The position numbers were made by a program, and so were the translations under genes. The notes below the pieces were generated by a model that searched no databases, was not told where the DNA came from, and saw only the letters and a list, made by a program, of their open reading frames with translations. DNA of 64,000 nt, taken from positions 33,056 through 97,055 of the forward strand of contig CACFWO010000006.1 of the NCBI GenBank assembly GCA_902570035.1, in the 5' to 3' direction. Below are positions 57,405 to 64,000 of this stretch, piece by piece (within the stretch, counting starts at the first letter, position 1; each line of letters opens with the position of its first letter). The stretch is from an uncultured SAR86 cluster bacterium. GTDB lineage: Bacteria > Pseudomonadota > Gammaproteobacteria > Magnimaribacterales > AG-339-G14.

Positions 57405-59999
57405 TTAAAGATTTTGAATATATTTTGTAGCTTCAGAAAAAACTTTTTCAAAGTTTTTAACTTGACTACCGCCTGCTTGTGCATGATCTGGTTTACCTCC
57501 GCCTTTCCCGCCTATCAATGAAGCGAGGGATTGTAACAAATCATTTGAACTGAAAACATCTTTTGGAATTGATTTTGAAGATGAAACCAATAAGCTTGAT
57601 TTATCACCATCTTTCGAAGCAAGAACACAAATTAAGTTTTCATTTTTATTTTTTAGTTCATCTATGAAAGATCTTGCTGAACCTAAGTTAATTCCTTCAA
57701 GTTCCTTTAAGATAACTTTGTAAGAATTAATTTGAATAATATCCTGATCTAGGCTCTTTATTACTTCGCCTAATTCTTTTTGTTGTGATGATTTAATCGA
57801 TTTTTCTAACTCACTGTTCTTTTCCATTAACTCTTTAATTTTTGAAATAAGACCCTCTTCATTTACGTTCAAAAGTCTCATTGCTTCTTGCCCAGAATTT
57901 TGAAATTTATTTGAGAAATCTTCTGCATCTTTTCCACTGCAAGCTTCAATTCTTCTGACGCCTGATGAAATACTTGATTCACCAGTTACTTTTACAAAAC
58001 CAATATCCCCTGCTGAATCAACATGAATTCCACCACATAGTTCAACAGAAAAGTCTCCGCCTATAGAAAGTACGCGCACTTCATCTCCATATTTGTCTCC
58101 AAAAAAAGCCAGCGCTCCTTTATCTTGTGCCTTCTTAAAGCTCATAGTTTCTATTTTAGTAGAGATATTATTTCTAATTGTTTCATTAACTAAATTTTCA
58201 ATTTGTTGTACTTCTTCAATTTTTAAGGCAGCATCGTGAGTAAAATCAAATCTAAAATATTTATCTGAAACTAAGGAGCCTTTTTGCTCGACATGTTCTC
58301 CCAATACATTTCTGAGTGCAGAATGAAGAAGATGAGTAGCTGAATGATTTCTAATAATTTTATTCCTTCTATCTACGTTAATAGAACTCTCGCATTGACT
58401 TCCAACTTTAAGGGTTCCTTTTTGCAAATTACCAATGTGAATAAATTGATCTCCTACCTTCTGAGTATCTTTTACTTCAAAAATGAAGTCTTCACCTGAA
58501 ATAGAACCTTGATCGCCAACTTGACCTCCTGACTCAGCATAAAAAGGTGTTTTATTTAAGATTAATATTGCATCTGAATCGCCCTCTAATATTTCTTGCT
58601 CCTTTAGATTTACAAAAATCTTTAGCACTTTAGATTTACATTTGCTTTTGTCATATCCGATAAAGTTAGTTGGCTTATCTAAGGAAATTGATGATGGCAT
58701 CAGAGAATCGAAATTAGATGAAGCTTTCGCAAGATCTCTCTGTTGTTCCATTAGTTCCTCATACTCCTTTATGTTTACTGCAATATTTTTTTCCCTTGCA
58801 AGATCTATGGTCATGTCTAGGGGAAATCCAAAAGTATCATAAAGTTTGAAAGCGAGTTCACCGGATACTTCCTTTACATCCTTCGGTGTCTCATCCTCAA
58901 AAATGCGCATACCATTTCTTAGAGTTAGGGAGAACTGTTGTTCTTCTTTTTCTATGGTTTTTTCTATAATTTTTTTATTTTTACTTAAAAGAGCGTGCTC
59001 TTTTCCCATTTGGGATACTAACTCCTTCACAAGACCTGAAAGAGGTTTTTCATAATCAGGATTCAACTTATGTGCGTGCCTCAAAGCTCTTCTTATGATT
59101 CTTCTAAGGACGTAACCCCTGCCTTCATTAGAAATGGAAAGGCCATCGGCTATCAAATAAGAACTAGATCTTAGATGATCTGCGATAACTCTCAGAGACG
59201 GATTTTCAAGATTTAGTGCGCCCAGGTTCGAAGCTATTTTTTTTATCAAATCTTTAAACAAATCAGTTTCATAGTTGTCGTTAATGCCTTGCAACACCGC
59301 CGTGATTCTTTCAAGGCCCATGCCGGTATCAACGGATGGTTTGGGCAAGGGAGAAAGTTCCCCATCAGGGCTCCTATTGAACTGCATAAAGACCAGATTG
59401 TATATTTCAACAAATCTGTCTCCAGTATCTACGCCTTCTGCCGGCGACTCTCCTGAAAATGCCTCACCATGATCAAAAAATATCTCACTGCAAGGTCCAC
59501 AGGGTCCTGTATCCCCCATTGACCAGAAATTATCGTCATCTAGTTTTGAAATTCGATCTGGTTGGATTCCGATTTCATTTAGCCAAATCTTTTCTGATTC
59601 TTGGTCTTCTATGTGAACAGTTATCCATAATTTATCAGGAGAAATTTTGTAAATTTCAGTTAATAGTTCCCAAGCATATTTAATAGCTTCTTTTTTGAAA
59701 TAATCTCCAAAACTAAAGTTTCCTAACATTTCAAAAAAAGTATGGTGCCTTAAGGTATACCCAACATTTTCTAGATCGTTATGTTTACCACCGGCTCTAA
59801 TGCATCTTTGAGCCGAAGTCGCAGTTAAGTAGTCTCTTTTTTCTGCGCCTAGAAAGACATCTTTAAACTGGTTCATTCCAGAGTTAGTGAATAACAAGGT
59901 TTGGTCATCTAACGGTAAAACGCTAGAGCTTTCGACTATTTGATGTCCTTTAGAAGAAAAAAAATCAATAAATTTTTTTCTAACTTCTGAAGAATGCAT
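57405..59999 (-). CDS. alaS: Alanine-tRNA ligase
   Basis: LLFTNSGM, HHTFFEMLGNFSFGDYFK, DTGMGLER, NHSATH, ELCGGIH, GGKGGG. Confidence 0.98.
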   Translation of the reverse strand: MHSSEVRKKFIDFFSSKGHQIVESSSVLPLDDQTLLFTNSGMNQFKDVFLGAEKRDYLTATSAQRCIRAGGKHNDLENVGYTLRHHTFFEMLGNFSFGDYFKKEAIKYAWELLTEIYKISPDKLWITVHIEDQESEKIWLNEIGIQPDRISKLDDDNFWSMGDTGPCGPCSEIFFDHGEAFSGESPAEGVDTGDRFVEIYNLVFMQFNRSPDGELSPLPKPSVDTGMGLERITAVLQGINDNYETDLFKDLIKKIASNLGALNLENPSLRVIADHLRSSSYLIADGLSISNEGRGYVLRRIIRRALRHAHKLNPDYEKPLSGLVKELVSQMGKEHALLSKNKKIIEKTIEKEEQQFSLTLRNGMRIFEDETPKDVKEVSGELAFKLYDTFGFPLDMTIDLAREKNIAVNIKEYEELMEQQRDLAKASSNFDSLMPSSISLDKPTNFIGYDKSKCKSKVLKIFVNLKEQEILEGDSDAILILNKTPFYAESGGQVGDQGSISGEDFIFEVKDTQKVGDQFIHIGNLQKGTLKVGSQCESSINVDRRNKIIRNHSATHLLHSALRNVLGEHVEQKGSLVSDKYFRFDFTHDAALKIEEVQQIENLVNETIRNNISTKIETMSFKKAQDKGALAFFGDKYGDEVRVLSIGGDFSVELCGGIHVDSAGDIGFVKVTGESSISSGVRRIEACSGKDAEDFSNKFQNSGQEAMRLLNVNEEGLISKIKELMEKNSELEKSIKSSQQKELGEVIKSLDQDIIQINSYKVILKELEGINLGSARSFIDELKNKNENLICVLASKDGDKSSLLVSSSKSIPKDVFSSNDLLQSLASLIGGKGGGKPDHAQAGGSQVKNFEKVFSEATKYIQNL

Positions 60000-60707
60000 T
60001 TATGAGAAGACCTCCTCAAGAAAATCCATCAGCAACATCCAAGACCGTCTATCAGCCTCTTTTGAATAAACTGTTCCAAAATCTGGATTATTTGCTTCTG
60101 GATTTGTAAATGAATGCATAGAGTCGCCATATATATGCAGCTGCCAGTCAACATCTTTTTCACTCATCTCTTTATAAAAAGATTGCATTTGATCTTCTCC
60201 AACCATTGGATCCTTCATGCCATGCATAGCTAAAATTTTAGCTTTAATTGTTTCTTTGGTCGGCTCTTCAGGTCCAGCTAAGAATCCATGAAAACTTGCG
60301 CTTCCTCTCAAATCAACTCCAGTTCTGGCTAAATCAAGGGAAACTAATCCACCAAAACAATATCCAAAAACTGCAATTTTTGACTTATCTACACCTGGCA
60401 AGGAAGAAACTGTATCGTAGGCTGCCTTAACTCTTTTTGAAAGCTCTTTCCTATCATCCAAAAGTGGTTGCATGCGAGCAGCATTTTCTTCATTAGTTTC
60501 TCCAACAATACCATCACCATACATGTCGAGTGCAAATCCAAGATAGCCATTCTCTGCAAGTTTTTCTGCCTTTTCATCCACAAATTGATCTCTTCCAGAC
60601 CAGGTATGAGCAATGATTATGGCTGGAAAATTATCTCCATCTGGAAAAGCTGCATATCCTAGAAAATCTTTTCCGTCTATATCGTAATTAATAATTTCAG
60701 TTTTCAT
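60000..60707 (-). CDS. Dienelactone hydrolase family protein
   Basis: GYCFGG nucleophile elbow, SFHG, HGMKDP, HSFTNP; ATG 60707. Confidence 0.9.
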   Translation of the reverse strand: MKTEIINYDIDGKDFLGYAAFPDGDNFPAIIIAHTWSGRDQFVDEKAEKLAENGYLGFALDMYGDGIVGETNEENAARMQPLLDDRKELSKRVKAAYDTVSSLPGVDKSKIAVFGYCFGGLVSLDLARTGVDLRGSASFHGFLAGPEEPTKETIKAKILAMHGMKDPMVGEDQMQSFYKEMSEKDVDWQLHIYGDSMHSFTNPEANNPDFGTVYSKEADRRSWMLLMDFLEEVFS

Positions 60708-61224
60708 CTTTTGACATCCCTTTTTTAAATCTTTTGTAATTTTCGACGTAGTGAACAGCTGACGCAAGCAAAAAATCTTTCATTTCAGGGCCTAAAGTTT
60801 TTACAACCTTTCCAGGAGAACCTAAGAACATAGAATTATCTGGGATCACAGTATTTTCGGTCACTAACGAGTTAGCTCCAATTAAGCAGTTTTCTCCAAT
60901 CCTTGCACCGTTTAAGACCACTGCATTTATACCTATCAGTGAATTGTTTCCAATTTGGCAACCATGCAACATGACTTTATGTCCTACAGTAACATTATCC
61001 CCAATAATAGTTGGGCTGCCAGGATCTGCATGTATTACCGATAGATCTTGAACGTTTGAACCCCGACCTATGACTATGTCTTCAACATCACCTCTGACAA
61101 CTGCGCCAAACCAAACTGATGCATCTTTTTTTAAGGTTACTCTTCCAACTACTGTTGCAGTCTCTGCAACATAAAAATCATCGCCATCTGTTGTGACTTT
61201 ATGATCATCTAATTTATAAATCAT
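60697..61224 (-). CDS. Gamma carbonic anhydrase family (YrdA/PaaY-like)
   Basis: Hexapeptide repeats; VRGD, SNVQD, IH, VGH, LHGC zinc-ligand motifs. Confidence 0.9.
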   Translation of the reverse strand: MIYKLDDHKVTTDGDDFYVAETATVVGRVTLKKDASVWFGAVVRGDVEDIVIGRGSNVQDLSVIHADPGSPTIIGDNVTVGHKVMLHGCQIGNNSLIGINAVVLNGARIGENCLIGANSLVTENTVIPDNSMFLGSPGKVVKTLGPEMKDFLLASAVHYVENYKRFKKGMSKDEN

Positions 61225-61793
61225 TATTTCCTAGTTAAATCTATTTCAATATCAAGAAGCTTTAAAAACTCAACAGTCATATAAGCAGTGAGTCCCCACA
61301 CCATTTTATTTTCAAATTCAAAAAAAGGAAAAAAAACTTTTTTATTATCCCAGTTTTCAGATTTTTGTTCTTTTTGCATATTATTTTTAATAAAATTTAA
61401 GGGCACACTGAAAACTTCCGCAATTTCTTTTCCATCAGCTATTAATGAGTTATTTTTGAGTATGCCAATATAAGGAGTTACGCTTAATCCAAACCTTGAT
61501 TGTACAGAACTTATTTCTCCTAAAACTTCCACGTCTTTTAATTCCAGATTTACCTCTTCTTGCGCCTCCCTCAAAGCAGTATTTCTCAACGTTTCATCTT
61601 TTTCTTCTCTTTTCCCTCCGGGAAAAGCAACCTCACCGGCATGAGTGGGAAGATTATTAGATCTCAAACAGTAAATTAAATTGAGATCTTCACTCGTCTC
61701 ATGAAGGAGAATTAATACTGCTGCTTGTGGTAATCCTACTATTGGACCTGAGGGCTTATATGAGCTTAAGTTTTCCTTAATTTTAGGTATCAT
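61224..61793 (-). CDS. CoA pyrophosphatase (NudL-type NUDIX)
   Basis: AAVL, HAGEVAFPGGKRE, TALREAQEE, VWGLTA. Confidence 0.9.
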   Translation of the reverse strand: MIPKIKENLSSYKPSGPIVGLPQAAVLILLHETSEDLNLIYCLRSNNLPTHAGEVAFPGGKREEKDETLRNTALREAQEEVNLELKDVEVLGEISSVQSRFGLSVTPYIGILKNNSLIADGKEIAEVFSVPLNFIKNNMQKEQKSENWDNKKVFFPFFEFENKMVWGLTAYMTVEFLKLLDIEIDLTRK

Positions 61794-61843
61794 ACATATT
61801 GAGTATCTCATAAAAAATACCTTCAAAACTAAATAAACTTAAA

Positions 61844-62377
61844 TTGAAATATTGTAGTGTCTGCGGTGGAAACGTCGTTTTAAAAATCCCGGAAGATGAT
61901 AATAGGGAAAGATTTTGCTGCGATTCCTGTGGAGCTATCCATTATGAAAATCCAAAAGTGGTTGTTGGCACTCTTCCCTTTTTTGAAAATAAAGTACTCT
62001 TATGTAAAAGAGCAATTCAACCAAGATTGGGCTTATGGACTCTGCCTGCAGGTTTTTACGAGAATGGTGAAACTCTAATTCAGGGAGCTTTAAGAGAAAC
62101 AAAAGAAGAAACCAATGCTGATGTTGAAGCAGGTGAACTGTATGGTATTTTCAATATTCCTCAGATCAATCAAGTTTATATGATATACCTTGCTGAAGTA
62201 GGACCGAATGATTTCAGCGTAACTTCAGAAAGCTCAGAGATTGGATTATTTGATGAGGATGAAATTCCGTGGGATGTTCTTGCATTCCCTTGGGTAAATT
62301 CGTCTTTAAAAAATTTTTTTGCCGACCTTAAGAGCGGTAATTTTGTTTTAAGAACTGAAGATATTATTAGACGTTAA
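61844..62377 (+). CDS. NUDIX hydrolase with N-terminal zinc ribbon
   Basis: CSVC...CDSC, YENPK, WTLPAGFYENGET, ALRETKEE. Confidence 0.9.
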   Translation: MKYCSVCGGNVVLKIPEDDNRERFCCDSCGAIHYENPKVVVGTLPFFENKVLLCKRAIQPRLGLWTLPAGFYENGETLIQGALRETKEETNADVEAGELYGIFNIPQINQVYMIYLAEVGPNDFSVTSESSEIGLFDEDEIPWDVLAFPWVNSSLKNFFADLKSGNFVLRTEDIIRR

Positions 62378-64000
62378 TTAATAGCCATCCTTGCATTTAA
62401 AAAAATCGTTTTCCAAGGACTAAATTCATCTTCAGAATCTGTCCAAGAGATCTGTCTATTTAGAAACGCTCTTTCAGGATGAGGCATCATTGCAGTTATC
62501 CTTCCATCTTTTGAAGTACAGCCAGCTATTGCATCCTTTGAACCATTTGGATTGAGCGGATAATTTTGAGTAGGACTACTTTCATCATCGCAATATTTTA
62601 TAACTGCAAGCTTCTCTTCAGAAAATTTATCGAATGATTTATTGGATTCAAACTTTGCTCTCCCCTCTCCATGGGCAACAGGCACAATCAGTCTTGAGCC
62701 AGCCATGCCATCAAAAAAAACAGATGATGATTTTTGAACATTCACCTGAGTTAATCTTGCTTCAAATTGATCAGAATAATTTTTTATAAAATTTGGCCAG
62801 TTTTCTGCTCCGGGGATTATTTTTTTTAAGCTTGATAGTATTTGGCATCCATTACAGACTCCCAAAACTATCTTATTTTTATCAGAAAAGAATTCAGAAA
62901 ATTCATCGTATAAAAAAGAATTAAATAGAATTGAGTTTGCCCAACCCTTTCCTGCTCCGAGGACATCTCCGTAGGAAAATCCTCCTGGAAAAACAATCCC
63001 TGAAAAATCTTTCAGGTTTTTTTCTTTCGTTATCAAATCAGACATGTGAACGTCGTAAGGATCAAAATAAGCTTGATGAAATGCTGCAGCCATCTCAGTT
63101 TGCCCATTTATGCCTTGCTCTCTTAAAATTGCAATTTTCGGTCTGGATGAATATGAATCAGAGGATTGTCGAAATTTGATATCTTGACTTAGTTTCCTCT
63201 TTTTTGGGTTTAGAACTGATCGAAGTTCTTCTTCCGCAACTTTAGGATTATCTCTTTCTTTTTGTATTTTGTGAGATACCTTCCACCAATTTTTCATCAT
63301 TTCTTTATAAGAAAACTCTAATCTCTCTGTTTCAGTGGAAAAAATTAAATTATTCTCTTTAATAGGATTGCCTAGTTCAATGACACTAGCGCCATAAGAA
63401 GGATCTTTTAGAGTTTGTTTTATTTCTTTAGCAGTATTTTTTTCAACTTGTATTACAAGGCCTAGTTCTTCATTAAATAAAAAACTAGCAACCTTCTTTT
63501 TATCCAACAATCCAATATTTATTTCTGCTCCCATTTCGCTACACAAAACCATTTCTGAAAGACAGGCTGCTAAACCGCCATCGGATCTATCGTGTAAGGC
63601 AAAAATTTGACCTTTCTGAACCAGAGAAGTTATGTAATTGAAAAATAGAGGTAAAGTTATAATCTGCTCAACATCTGGAGTTCTTCCTAGATCCTTTTGC
63701 AATACTTCTTCAAGAATTGATCCTCCTAATCGAGACTTCTTATTACTTAAATCCAAAAGAAGTAACTCAGTATCATTTATATTTTTAATTTCAGGCGTAA
63801 TAGCTTTTGTAACATCTTTTATTTTGCAGAAAGAAGAAGCTATTAAGCTGAGGGGCGATACCACGATATCTTTTTCATTGTTCCATCTTGTCTCCATAGA
63901 CATTGAATCCTTTCCTACAGGAATTGTTATTTTCCAAATTTGGCAAATATCCTCAGATAAAGATTTAACTGAATTAAATAAATCACTATTGGATTCATTT
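62374..64000 (-). CDS. purL: Phosphoribosylformylglycinamidine synthase, large type (5' part outside the window)
   Basis: Frame is open to the window edge (IPVGKDSMSM); HDRSDGG, LREQGING, GGFSYGDVL, GVCNGCQ, MMPHPER. Confidence 0.97.
   Translation of the reverse strand, partial: NESNSDLFNSVKSLSEDICQIWKITIPVGKDSMSMETRWNNEKDIVVSPLSLIASSFCKIKDVTKAITPEIKNINDTELLLLDLSNKKSRLGGSILEEVLQKDLGRTPDVEQIITLPLFFNYITSLVQKGQIFALHDRSDGGLAACLSEMVLCSEMGAEINIGLLDKKKVASFLFNEELGLVIQVEKNTAKEIKQTLKDPSYGASVIELGNPIKENNLIFSTETERLEFSYKEMMKNWWKVSHKIQKERDNPKVAEEELRSVLNPKKRKLSQDIKFRQSSDSYSSRPKIAILREQGINGQTEMAAAFHQAYFDPYDVHMSDLITKEKNLKDFSGIVFPGGFSYGDVLGAGKGWANSILFNSFLYDEFSEFFSDKNKIVLGVCNGCQILSSLKKIIPGAENWPNFIKNYSDQFEARLTQVNVQKSSSVFFDGMAGSRLIVPVAHGEGRAKFESNKSFDKFSEEKLAVIKYCDDESSPTQNYPLNPNGSKDAIAGCTSKDGRITAMMPHPERAFLNRQISWTDSEDEFSPWKTIFLNARMAIN

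Noticed and set aside
1-64000. CRISPR array, tandem repeats, IS elements, rRNA, and the many other 60-100-aa ORFs nested in genes
   Set aside because: No repeated units or transposase motifs were seen by eye. The intergenic gaps are too short for an array, and the nested ORFs overlap well-supported genes.

Overview
A densely packed, AT-rich chromosomal segment of a streamlined Gammaproteobacterium. A marine SAR86-like lineage is my inference from the gene orders (DUF2066-purM-purN, smc-zipA-ligA, ccmABCDEFGHI, alaS-lysC-tRNA-Ser), the tiny intergenic spacers and the many lipid-catabolic genes. The window holds about 60 protein genes covering purine, pyrimidine and NAD synthesis, replication and repair, cytochrome c maturation, envelope redox and acyl-CoA catabolism. 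It also has four tRNAs (Val-GAC, Leu-TAG, Arg-CCT, Ser-GCT), a LexA box before umuDC, and a SAM-II riboswitch followed by an intrinsic terminator before metY. I saw no transposase, integrase, prophage or CRISPR array. The most unusual signals are: (1) an 809-aa SMC with intact ATPase heads but no recognisable hinge domain; (2) two tRNA genes whose 5' ends lie inside the stop codon of the upstream gene; (3) a SAM-II aptamer apparently wired to transcription termination; (4) an A10 slippery run in dnaX; (5) a recurring leaderless-type promoter geometry; (6) no csrA or ybaB at their usual loci; (7) two small genes missed by the ORF track (a DUF2256-type protein and a CcmD-like protein). All calls come from reading the sequence; no database search was run.
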